From Hyaloraphidium curvatum SAG 235-1 (taxonomy: Eukaryota; Fungi; Monoblepharomycota), in the NCBI GenBank assembly GCA_025558095.1, contig JAIVFI010000031.1, positions 434,001 through 498,000 on the forward strand: DNA of 64,000 nt, in the 5' to 3' direction. The notes under the pieces are model-generated. The model saw only the letters and a list, made by a program, of their open reading frames with translations. It was not told the origin of the DNA and made no database searches. Positions 46,779 through 57,307 of the stretch are shown piece by piece. The position numbers and the translations under genes were made by a program. How positions within the stretch are numbered: the first letter of the stretch is position 1; every line of letters begins with the position of its first letter.

Positions 46779-47708
46779 ATGCCTCCGCCATTACCGCGCG
46801 CGCTGCTCGCCGCGCGCCCGCCGGCGCCGCCGCCGCCCTCCTCCCGCGGCGCGGCGATGGCGGCGTCGCTGCCCGCCCCGGCCGCCGCGCTGCTCATCTC
46901 CCCGACGCCGAAGCCGCGCCAGGCCGTCGCCGGCTTCCCGCTGCCCGCGTTCGGCGGCTCGGGCCAGGGCGGCGCGGGCGGCTCGGGGCAGCGCTCGACC
47001 CACTTCGACTTGCGCGGCTTCATGACCCGCGGCCTGCTCCGCGCCGCCCTGACCTCGGGCGTGCTCTACGGCCTCGGCGACATCCTCGGCCAGCTGGTCG
47101 TCGAGCCCTACGCCGACTCGCTGCGCGCCCGCTCCGCACCACAAGGCGCCGAACCCCCGGCGGAGCGCTCCTACTCGCTCCGCCGCACGCTCAACTTCGC
47201 CGCCTGCGGGTTCCTCTTCCACGGCCCGTACTTTTCCCGCATCTACGGCCTCCTGGACATGCGGTGGCCGCACCCCCCCGCCGGCGCCAGCGTGCTCTCG
47301 CGGCTGGGCATGGGCTTCAAGAAATCCCTGGCCACCAACATCTTCTTCGGGCCGCCGTTCCTGCTGGGTTTCCTCGCGCTGGTCTCGCGGCTGGACGGCA
47401 TGTCCTGGCCCGAGATCAGGGCCAAGATCGGCCGCCTGGGCCCCACCCTCTTCCTCGACGGCCTCAAGGCGTGGCCCGTCGCCTCGGCGCTGAACTTTGC
47501 CTTCACGCCCCCCGCGTACCGCCTGGCCGTCGTCAACGTGCTCGGGGTCGGGTGGAACTCGTGGGTGTCCGTGCGGAACGCCGCGGCGTCGATGGACGGG
47601 GAGGAGGAGATGCGCGAGGCGACGGCGCTGGGCGCCGAGATGCTCGCTGCGGGGCACATCGAGCACGCGGTGCATGCCGGCGGGCAGGAGGCGAAGGGGA
47701 AGCGGTGA
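46779..47708 (+). CDS. Mpv17/PMP22 family membrane protein
   Basis: TSGVLYGLGDILGQ, YSLRRTLNF, GFLFHGP, WPVASALNFAFTP..YR..VN..GWN. Confidence 0.9.
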   Translation: MPPPLPRALLAARPPAPPPPSSRGAAMAASLPAPAAALLISPTPKPRQAVAGFPLPAFGGSGQGGAGGSGQRSTHFDLRGFMTRGLLRAALTSGVLYGLGDILGQLVVEPYADSLRARSAPQGAEPPAERSYSLRRTLNFAACGFLFHGPYFSRIYGLLDMRWPHPPAGASVLSRLGMGFKKSLATNIFFGPPFLLGFLALVSRLDGMSWPEIRAKIGRLGPTLFLDGLKAWPVASALNFAFTPPAYRLAVVNVLGVGWNSWVSVRNAAASMDGEEEMREATALGAEMLAAGHIEHAVHAGGQEAKGKR

Positions 47709-47996
47709 CCTCGCCCCGGAACGGGCGGACGGACTTGGGGCACGGACACGGAACGGAACGGAACATGGACGGGGACAATCATAGACGGGCGGGCGGGACC
47801 CGGCCGGGATCGATACCACTTTGCCCCTCCGCGGGCCAGCTGCGACTGCAGGATGTACGGATTTGTAGTGCGTCTTTAGGGCCCCGCGGGGCGTAGAGAA
47901 CGGTGCGAACATGCCTAATCGCGGCACACTTCTCGTCGTCCGGGTCCGAGCCGGTTCCGAAGCATCCCGTGCCTCGCATTCCGGGCCGGAGCGCGT

Positions 47997-48614
47997 TCAC
48001 CGCCGTGCCACCGCGCGCTCGCTCGGCGGGGCGAACTCGAGCGCGGGGATGAGGAGGTCGGTGCGGCCGGCGGCGCGGTCCGCGTAGGTCGTCCGGCCGT
48101 CGTTGCTGACGGGATGCGGAGATGAAGGGGGACGATGATCGGGAGGAGCATGCGGCGAAGGAATCGCCATGTCGTCCGCAGCCACAGGGCCGGGAAGCGA
48201 GCGCGAGCCCAAGGAGCAGAGCCCGTCGTCCCCTTGCCAGCCTTCCTCCACCGCATCCCACTGCGTCTCATCCTCCTCCTCCTCCTCCTCCTCTTCCTCC
48301 CACAAACCGCAACCCGTCCCGTCATCCGCGTCCAGGTCCCACCGCCACCTCCTGACCCCCCTCCTGTCCCTCCACGCGTTTTTCGCCCTGCACATCCCAC
48401 AGCACCATCCGCCCCCTCTCCCTTCCGAAACCCCGGACCTGCTGCCGGGCACCCTCGCCCTCCTGGCGCGGTCGATCTCGGCGCGGCCGACGCCCGGGGG
48501 GAACGGCGCGGGCGCGCGCGACCGGACCGCGACGGGGGAGGAGTCGCCGGGGGTTGGAGGGGCGGGGGTGCGGCGGGCGGGGGTGGGGAGGAGGGCGCGA
48601 CCTCGGCGGCGCAT
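47997..48614 (-). CDS. Low-complexity hypothetical protein (CCGMC motif, poly-Glu)
   Basis: ORF from MRRRGRAL; a GAG repeat encodes poly-E; no recognisable family. Confidence 0.3.
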   Translation of the reverse strand: MRRRGRALLPTPARRTPAPPTPGDSSPVAVRSRAPAPFPPGVGRAEIDRARRARVPGSRSGVSEGRGGGWCCGMCRAKNAWRDRRGVRRWRWDLDADDGTGCGLWEEEEEEEEEDETQWDAVEEGWQGDDGLCSLGSRSLPGPVAADDMAIPSPHAPPDHRPPSSPHPVSNDGRTTYADRAAGRTDLLIPALEFAPPSERAVARR

Positions 48615-49436
48615 GGCGGGAGGCAGAGGGTGGGATTCGGCGAGGAGATTTGTAGCGGAAGATCCGCGGGCTGCTCCACCGCACAGCGCGGGCCAACGCT
48701 CGACGGCCAGTGCGGGCGATCCATGCCCCCGCCCAGAGCGTGCAACGGCCTGCATGATGCGCGGATGGTCGTGTCGGACGGCCTTTGCAGCCCGGTCGGG
48801 CACGGCGACGACGGTCCTGCGAGCTCGGCGCTGCGATCCCCCGCGCAGCAGGATGCCGGACCCGCCCCGGCCGCATCCTCGCGATCCGCCTCCACCGCGC
48901 ATCTTCGAGCCGAGCCTACATCCATCCGGCGTGCACCGCGCGCGTACCTGCGCCGGGAGCTTTCACGTGCGATTGGGCCGTGCCGAGTCAGCGCCGGCCG
49001 ACCTGCCGACAGGTCCCCCGCCCCTTTCCCACCGCCGCCCCGCGCCGCCCCGCATCCGAACGCGGCCGCACTCCGCGATCCCCTCCGTGCGGAAACTCCC
49101 CGTGCGCTTCCGCGCGGCACCGTGCATCGCATGCGCCCGGCGGCCCGGAGCGGCGCGGGGCGGGCGGACCCTGTGTTTTCGGCGGTCCATCGGGGCCCGT
49201 CGCCGAAGGACCCTCGACGGGACGTCAGGGACCCGCTCCGCCGAAGCACTTGTTGGCTGCGCGGGAAAGAAGCAACCCCGTTCGAGTGGGCTGTCCTGCC
49301 AGGCGAACGACGCGCGGGAGCACGAAAGGACACGTCAACGCACGCGAAGGTACGCGACAGGACGGGGCACCTCGGCGCATCGCACGCGGGACCCTGACGG
49401 CTCCTCCGCAGATCAGCAAACCTCGAACAAGGAAAG

Positions 49437-51697
49437 ATGGGGATCAAGACAGTCGCCCTCGGCGCCGCTCTCGCGGCGCTGGCCGCCACCGCCTCGGCCC
49501 AGTCCAGTGCGTCCCCCGTGACGGTGCCGCCCCCGCGGTCCCTGACCTCCCTTCTTCCTCTCCCAACCCCCGCGGTCCCTGGCTTCCCTTTCCTCCCCTT
49601 CCTCCGCGCAGACATCACCGTGCTCCCGAACGGCAGGCCCACGGTCTACTCGATCGCCAACGTCACCCAGGCCGAGAGCCAGTGGGGCTCGCTGGGCAGC
49701 AACCAGTGGATCCAGAGGCCGGGCAACCTGTCCATCGTGGACGGCGGGGCGCAGTTGACCAACAACACGTTCGGCCAGAACGGCGCCGTGTTCTACAACA
49801 GCACCCTGCCCCGCGACGCCCTCTTCGGGGGCTACGACCAGGACATCGGGTTCCTGATCGACAGGCAGAACGGGCCCCAGGGCGGTAACGGCATCGGCTG
49901 GGTCTTCCAGGTGCGCGGTGCCGGCGATCGCGTTCCCCTCCTCCGGCTGATCCGATCGCATCCTTCCGTCGCTCTCGCCTCGGCAGCCCGGCGCCCTGCC
50001 CAACGCCACCACCCAGCCCCTGCTCTACCCCCCCGCCGGCGCCGCCCGCGTCCCCGGCGCGCTCGAGGTCCACGTCGGCACCAACGGCCAGGCCTCGGCC
50101 AACGAGCCGCAGACGGGCGAGTTCATCGCCGTCTACAAGGACCGCAACATCAACTACAACGATGTGCCGGACCGCTGCAAGCTCCAGCTGCCCGACGGGA
50201 CCCTTACCAATAGGCCAGCGGGGATCAAGACTGCGTTTGATGCTGCCAACAACGGCACGCTCCGCATCTGGTGATGACAGCAGGCCAGAAGTTCAGCTAC
50301 GATTCTCTAACTCTACGCCCCACATAAAAGGTACCGGAACGACGCCAGGCCGTACCCCGTCGCTGCGGATATCACCTGCACCAACGCCCCCATGCCCAAC
50401 GTTACCGGGGTCCCCACTACGAGCTTCTCGATCATGGGCGCCACCGGTGACGCCGCAGGCAACAGGCACCTGATCAACACGTTCAACACCTCGTGTGGGT
50501 TCCGCATCCGGCGATCCGCTCCCCGCGGGCGTCCGATCGCAGACGGCTCACCTGATCCCGCACGCCCTCCCGCCGCAGTCTGCTCGTGGCCCAACTCAGG
50601 GTACTCCGGCGCCAACGGCACCTTTTGCTTCTGCGCCGCCCCGCTGGTTCCCAACGCCGCTGGTGACGCATGCGTCGGGGCTCCTCCGCCTCCCGAACCC
50701 TCCTCGGGTCTCTCGGGCGGCGCCATCGCCGGCATCGTGATCGGCTCCGTCGCCGGCGCGGCCTTGCTCGGCGGCGGCGCGTACGCCCTGGCCAAGCGCA
50801 ACAGGTCCGAGCCCGCGGCCGAGGAGACGCCCATGGCGGTCAAGGAGGTGCCGGTCCAGGCCGCCGCCGCCGCCCCCGTCGCTGCGGCTGCCGCCCCTGC
50901 CGTAACCGTGAGTCTCGAACAAACACCCGGCCCGATCGGCCGCTGATCGGCATTGCGTTCCTTCCAGGCGACCTCTGCAGTTCCAGCCGTCATAGGAGGC
51001 GCCGCCGCCGTCGGCGGTGCTGCGTACGCTGCGACCGTGTGTACCGTACGATCGCCCGTGCGCCCCGCGGCTTCTCACCGCATCCTGCAGAAGGCCGCCC
51101 CCGTCGTCTCCCCCGCCACGGTCCTGGTCCCCGGCACCAACAGCACCGTCGTGACCCCGTACGGCACAGTCGCAGACGCCACCAGGACCGCCCCGCTCGG
51201 CGCCGTCGTGCCCGCCAACCACACCGCCGCCGTGCCCGCCAGGGTCGTCGAGGGCGTCGACAACAGGGTGAGTTATGCCGATCAGATCCTCGATCCTATT
51301 CGCTGACGTCGATCCCGCAGTTCACCGTTGCCGTTGGAGGCGCTGTGATCGTCCCCGATGGCACCACCGTGACCGTCCCCGCCGGATTCGGCATGACCTC
51401 GACCCCCGCCGGCACCACGACTGCCAACGTGACCAACATCCCGCCCACCGCCACCGGCGCCGCGCGCAACGTGAGCCCGACCAGGTGCCGATCGCATCCT
51501 TCCCGGGTTCCCTGACGCCCCGTTCCCAGGTCTCGGTCCCGGCCGGCTCGCTCAACGTGCCCACGGGCAGCACCATCACCATCCCCGGCGGGTCGTCGCT
51601 GACCGTTCCGAATGGCACCGTCGTGCTCCCGAACGGCGGCCAGGCCTACGGCGGGTGGACCACCTACGACGCCGACAAGTTCATCGCCAAGCAGTAA
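49437..51697 (+). CDS. Type I membrane protein: L-type (legume/ConA-like) lectin domain, Cys-rich module, TM and beta-rich repeat tail; multi-exon
   Basis: Signal peptide; AQLTNNTFGQNGAVFY, GGNGIGWVFQ, FSIMGATG...HLI; C..CFC..C; TM GAIAGIVIGSVAGAALLGGGAYAL followed by KR; ends DKFIAKQ*. Confidence 0.75.
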
Positions 51698-51855
51698 GAC
51701 TGTTTTGGTCTCTAGTGTTCTTTATCGTGCTTCAAAGTAAAGCTAGCAATAGACTTCTTTTGCAAGTTGTGTGGGAGTCGAGAGTAGTAGTGACTGCTCG
51801 AGTGATGACTGCAGAACCGCGGAGGAACCGGAGACGGCCCGAAACCTTCGTCGCA

Positions 51856-52707
51856 ATGCGCTCCACCGACGCGATACAGCTCGCCGCGGTCTTCATCCTG
51901 GACTCTGCGTCCGCTTGGAGCTCCTGCGGGTTCCGGATCTCGCCCGCGGGCACGCTGCCGGCGGAAGTCAGTGCCGCCGCGGAGCGTGATTCCGCGCGGC
52001 ATTCCGCCTCGCAGGACGACGCCGGCGTGATCTGGTTCGCCGATGGCACGTGCATCGCGCTTCTCGGACGTCAGAAAAAGGATGCCCAGCGTGTGCCCTA
52101 CCCGGTCGTGTCGTATGCGCTGTTCGTCGATGGAAGGACGTCTCCCACGACGGTTTCCGCCCACTCGGCCCTCAACTTCCATCTGCTGCCTGCCGCGACG
52201 TCCGCCGGCAACGACAAGTATCTCGGGCACCCCAACGGGATAACCTGCATCGACAGGCTGTCCCTAAACACGACCTCGCACGCCGACCTCGGGGTTGCGC
52301 TCGCGGCCGAGGTCCACGGGGCCTTGGCTTCGCCTCGCAGGGTCGAAGACTATGGCAAGGGCATGCGGATGGCGTTCTGGAAGGTCGGCGTGCCTGTTAC
52401 GGGCAAGGACAATCGCGGGGAAGTGCTGCTCGAGGTCATCGAGCGCGCCGGCAAGGCCGGGTCGGGGGCCGCAGCACGGCCGAGCAAGACGACCATGTGG
52501 GGATTCATATTGCTTTCTCCGGACCTCGCCAAAACCCACGGCTTCGTGGACGGGAGCGGGAGGGCGAGGAAGTTGAAGCCCGCCGCCCAAAAGGGACGGC
52601 ACATCTTCACTTTCGAAAAACAAGCCCCGGAGAGGGAAAGCATGATCGTGGACGTTGCGGTGCTGAGCCCAGAGCCTGTCAAGGAGGACCTGAAGGCGAA
52701 AGTGTAG
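51856..52707 (+). CDS. Glyoxalase-like/VOC-fold protein, bacterial type
   Basis: AW..CGF, HPNGITCIDRL, MAFWKVG, LLEVI, MWG...DL, KPAAQKGR.I.T, VAVLSP recall actinobacterial glyoxalase-like proteins; no introns; start uncertain. Confidence 0.6.
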   Translation: MRSTDAIQLAAVFILDSASAWSSCGFRISPAGTLPAEVSAAAERDSARHSASQDDAGVIWFADGTCIALLGRQKKDAQRVPYPVVSYALFVDGRTSPTTVSAHSALNFHLLPAATSAGNDKYLGHPNGITCIDRLSLNTTSHADLGVALAAEVHGALASPRRVEDYGKGMRMAFWKVGVPVTGKDNRGEVLLEVIERAGKAGSGAAARPSKTTMWGFILLSPDLAKTHGFVDGSGRARKLKPAAQKGRHIFTFEKQAPERESMIVDVAVLSPEPVKEDLKAKV

Positions 52708-52946
52708 TCAATCGTGGTGTTTCCATCAACTTCGCGTGGTTTCGGTTCGTTACACTCGCCCCTCCTCCGCCAACTGACGCCGACACAGGCCACAATATGT
52801 CCTAGCAAAGTCTTGCTGCAAGCAAAGTATCCTGTCCGTGCTCGAGTTCGTCTCTGTCGCCGATGTCCGAGTTCGGTTCGTCGTCCCTCCCAAGCCCACC
52901 AGCTCCGCCCTCGCCGCCCTTTTTCACTTCTCCGGACCATTCCTCA

Positions 52947-53300
52947 TTACTTCTCCTTCTTCGCTTCGCTGGCGGCCTTGGCCTTCTTGGGGTCGGGCTT
53001 GATAATGTCGTAGGTCGAAACCTCAGCGTTCGACGCAAAGTAGTACATGATGCCCGCCAGCACCGTGAAAATGATGAGGATCTCCGGCAGCGGCGACAGT
53101 TTATCCAGGCCGAACCAGTTGAGGCCGATGGTCTCCTCGCCGCGGGCAAGGCGCGAGTTCCAGATGTCGTTTAGTGCGTCCACAATGACCTTGTAGGCGC
53201 TCGCGGCCTCCTCGCCGGACGCCGGCTTCTGGCCCGAGCCGACCTCGGCAATGTACTGCGCGGCCTTTTCGGCCTCTTCGTTGCCAAAAATGCCACTCAT
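52947..53300 (-). CDS. Small single-TM protein (117 aa) with Lys-rich C-terminus
   Basis: MSGIFGNEE...EILIIFTVLAGIMYYF...KKAKAASEAKKEK*; coding-like codon bias. Confidence 0.65.
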   Translation of the reverse strand: MSGIFGNEEAEKAAQYIAEVGSGQKPASGEEAASAYKVIVDALNDIWNSRLARGEETIGLNWFGLDKLSPLPEILIIFTVLAGIMYYFASNAEVSTYDIIKPDPKKAKAASEAKKEK

Positions 53301-53535
53301 TCTGGCGGCGTGCGGGGTTGGAATCGCTTTTTGTCGATTTGCGCGCTGCCGACGGCTGGGCCGGACGATCCGGCCGGGCCGCGTCAACCCATCACCGTCC
53401 GAAATGGACTGAACCGGAGCAATGCAGCTTGTATCCAGGTCTCTTATCCAATAACGACCTAAACAAACACAGCGAGAGCTGGGATTATTTACACCATGCT
53501 CGCTTCTTTCGTCGCCAACCGTCCGTCGTCCCCGC

Positions 53536-56388
53536 CTACTTTTGCCTGAAGTTGCAGAGCCAAAGGGCGAGGTAGGCGACAATCGACCAGCCGAAACCGG
53601 TGATGAAGGCGACGCCCATGTAGAAGCCGGTGGGCGTCGTGATGAAGTGGTCGATGCCGAAGCCGACGACCGAGCCGGAAGAGTTGGTGATGAACCATTG
53701 GAAGGCTGCCGGGTATCGCATCAGCGCAAGTCCAATCGGGCGCTTAAGCACGACTCACCGAGAGCGTTGACGATGTAGGCCTCGCCGTTGGCGTAGAAGC
53801 AAGTCTGCGCGGGCGGCAGGGGGTTGGCGACCAGGAAGTTGGCGAAGCCGAGCATGGCGGCGGCATCGGTGGTCTGCGTGAGCGCAGTGCTGATGGCGGC
53901 CGTGTCGGTGGGGGGGATGTTGATCGCGGCGCCAAAGGCGGCCCGGGCGGCGGCGACCTGCTCGTTCAGGTTGTCGATGACGGCCTGAGGGTTGCCGGCC
54001 GTGGTGGCAGCGGCGCTGGCGATCTGGAGGTTCTGCAACCCGCGCGCGGTGCGGTACAGCGAGTTGACCGTGGCGTTGACGTCGGCACTGGCGTTCTCCC
54101 AGATGTCGAACGAGTTCATCGCAGCCACGAGGCTGGGGTTGGCAGCGACGGCCGTGGCGGTGAGGTTCTTGGCCGCCCCGCTGATGCCGCGGTTCGAGAT
54201 GCCCGTCGTGTCGAAGGGGAACAGCTCAACCGCCGTGCAGGTGAGGTTCTGGCCGTAAAGCTCGTTGCGCATGGTGGGGACGAACCACAGACGGTCGTAC
54301 CTGACGACGACGCAAGGTCAGCTATGCGTCAACGGAATCGCAGGACGATCAAGACACGCACGAGAACCACTGCCAGAAGGCCTTGACCGAGGGGTGGCGG
54401 GTGAACAGGAAGGTGTCGGTGATGTAGTAGCCGCCGAGGAGAATGCCGTAGAAGTAGTGCAGGGTGAAGGTCGCGTTGGCGTACGGGATCGAGGCCGCGA
54501 TGTATGCGCACACAAGGTTGAGACCGGTCGACGCGAAAGCCTCGCAGATCATGTAGGCGATGTAGTAGCCGATGAACTGCGGAAGCCAGCCGGACATCGG
54601 GAACATGATGCCAGCGACGACGGCCTGCAGAGGCGTCAGTAGGTGACGCAGGCAATAGAAAGGGCCGACCCACCATGACGGCCGACAGGAAGACCCATTC
54701 GACGAAGTACATCACGATCAGGTGGCCGAGGCGGTGGTAGTAGCCGGCGGCCTCCTCGTGGTAGTACTGCTTGCGCTTCTCGACCCAGTAAGCGATGGCG
54801 GCGGAACCGTAGCCGGGAACCATGAGCTTGTACGCAAAGCCCTCAGCGCAGCGGGCATCGTAGCCACCTGCGAATCAAAGTCAGATGTGCATCGCTAGTA
54901 CTGCGCAGGAAGACACGCACCAGCGTTGCGGCCGAGCTGCCAGAATGCACCGCCGAAGAAGAGAGCCGTGCAGATACCGGCAATGAAGCGCGAAGTCGAC
55001 ATGATCGGGTTGCGGAGGTAGACCATGACCTGGCGCTTAAGGAGCTGCCAGAACTGGATGTGGACGGGGGCCTGCTGGTAGAAGCCGAGGCGGTCGGCGA
55101 AGGTGGGGACCTCGTCGGCCTTGGCGACGACGTCGTTGATGGAGCCCTGGCCCGAGTGGATGGCCTCGACCTTCTTCTGGAGAATGGTGCGCTCGGCGGA
55201 TCCCTCCCAGGCCTCGATGAGGCGGTCGGGCTGCGCGGCAAGGGCATCGGCGTAGACCTCGGCTGGAAGCGAGGGATAGGTCAGAATGGGTCGAGGCACG
55301 GGCGAACCGAACGGAAAACACACCGGGGTTGCCGGCGACGGGGATTCCGAGCGACTCGAAGTACAAGATGGCGTCGACGACGCGGCCGTAGTAGCAGAGC
55401 TTGCCCTTGGCGAGCGCGAGCAGGTAGTCGAACTGCGACAGGATGGTGTACGACGGCTGGTGGATCGTGGCGATGCAGGCGAGCTTGCGGAGGCGGGTGA
55501 CCTCGACGACGTTGGCGATGATCTCACGGCCGGTGTTGGAGTCGAGGCCGGTCGTGGGCTCGTCGAGGAAGAGCACCGAGGCGACGGGGAGCAGCTCCAT
55601 GGCGACGTTGAGGCGCTTGCGCTCGCCGGTGGACAGGCCGCGCTGGAGAGCGCCGCCGATCCTGCGGTTCTCGCAGTAGCCGAGGCGCATGACCTCAAGC
55701 ACGTCGCTGATCTGCGGGGGCCGAAATCAGGCGCGCTTGAGGTAGTCACGTTCGAGTCGTCCTCACCCGAGAATCACGCTGCTGTTGGCTCCAGTCCTTG
55801 GGCAGGCGGAGAGCGGCGCCGAAGCGCAGCATCTCCTTGCAGGTGAGCTCCGGCGTGAGCAGGTCGTCCGAAGTCACGTAGCCCGACTCCTTGACGAAGG
55901 TGCGCTTGGTGAGGAGGGCGCCGTTGAGCCGGATGTCCTGCGTCCATTTGCCGGTGGTCTTGCGGAAGGCCAGGATGTCGAGAAGGGTCGACTTGCCGGC
56001 ACCCGAGGGGCCCATAATCGCAAGAGTCTCGCCGGGCTGCGGAGGGGGAACAGGGAGACGGTCAGTGCCTTCGCTCGGGGACGTCCCGCAGGCACCGCCG
56101 GCCGGGACGCACCTTGCAGTAGCCCGAAACCATGTCGAGCAGAACCTTGGGCTTGCCCTCCGACTTCAGGACACAGCTGATGTCCTTGAACGAGAAGAAG
56201 GCCGGGTTCAACTGGTTCGGGTCCGTGACGGCCCACGACGCCAGCCTGGCGACCTTCTCGCCGGCCTTGGGCAGGGCGATGGAGGTCTGGCCGGTGGCGA
56301 TCTTCTCCTCGGCAGCCGCGGCGGCGGCGACGCCGGCGTCCATGGCCCCCTGCGTCTCGGCGGCAACGGTCGCGGCGGTGTTCTCCAT
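53536..56388 (-). CDS. ABCG (white-family) half transporter A, NBD-TMD; multi-exon
   Basis: Walker A MGPSGAGKS, signature LSTGERKRL, Walker B LFLDEPTTGLD, TIHQP, YLRNP, six TMs; ends NFRQK*. Confidence 0.93.
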
Positions 56389-57307
56389 TGTTGCGGCTAA
56401 CGGTGTCCCGTCGACGATGGGCTGGAGAGGGCACCTGTTAGTCTGGAGTGCTGCGGCGTCTCCCCCGCGGCGCCGGCGACCGTGTCCCCCGCCACGCGCA
56501 AGCCGCCGCACTCCCCCGGGGGTGCGCCGGCCGCGGGGTCGGCAGGTCGCTACCGAGCGTGTCGCCGGCGCCGCCGCAGCCCAGCGACGCCCACCTCTGC
56601 TCCGCTAACCGGCTGTCGGTCGTTTCGGCCCGGTGGATGAACGGATGAAGCCGGGGACACGGTGATCGAGCGCCTGGACCGCCGTGGCGATCCCCCGCCC
56701 TACCCCCAACCCAATGTTGGGAGACAGGCCGTCACCCACGACAGACAAACGCATTTTATGCACACGCAGCACGTAAAATGCAATAAAAGTCTATTGGAAA
56801 GCCGTACGGGGGAGGATTTTCTCCAGCGGTTGCTCATTGGCGAGCACGAGGTCCGATGCGGCAGTGCGCCGGATGGATCGGAGGCCGGGCAGGGCAACCG
56901 AAGAGCAGATAACGCGCCCCGAGGCATCAGCATTGCATCGCGAGACAAAATTTTGGTCCCCGCCCACTTCTGCTAGCGATACCGATTTTGGCGCTGGCCC
57001 GCCACCTGATGCCCTCGGGGGACCGATTCCGTGGCAATCCGCGCGCCCCAACCGCCTCCGGGCCTTCCCAGCGGCCCAGGACAACTCCGCCAGCTTCAGC
57101 GGGCCTTTTCAAGACCGATCGGCGCCGCAATCGCCTGGTGCGCCTTCCCGCCGATGTATATTGCGGGGGTTCTGTCCCTCGGGGGCTGGTGTCCGGCGTG
57201 GGGCCCTCGGTGGCGGTCGATCTGGACCGACGAATCTCCCGTGCCGCGCCGCGCCGCAGCCCACCGCACGCCCATCGACGCCGTCTCCCCGCACGCCCGC
57301 GACGAGA
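56389..57307. promoter_or_regulatory. Putative shared bidirectional promoter region of the two ABCG half transporters
   Basis: About 920 bp between divergent ATGs with a less GC-rich central patch (~56740-56820); function inferred from position. Confidence 0.4.

Noticed and set aside
7228-47708. Selenocysteine or readthrough at TGA stops
   Set aside because: The TGA stops I checked fall at natural family C-termini; no redox-motif TGA or TGA-CTA context seen; SECIS elements were not assessed computationally
47741-48300. Simple repeats (CGGAA)n and (TCC)n
   Set aside because: Short ordinary microsatellites with no spacer structure
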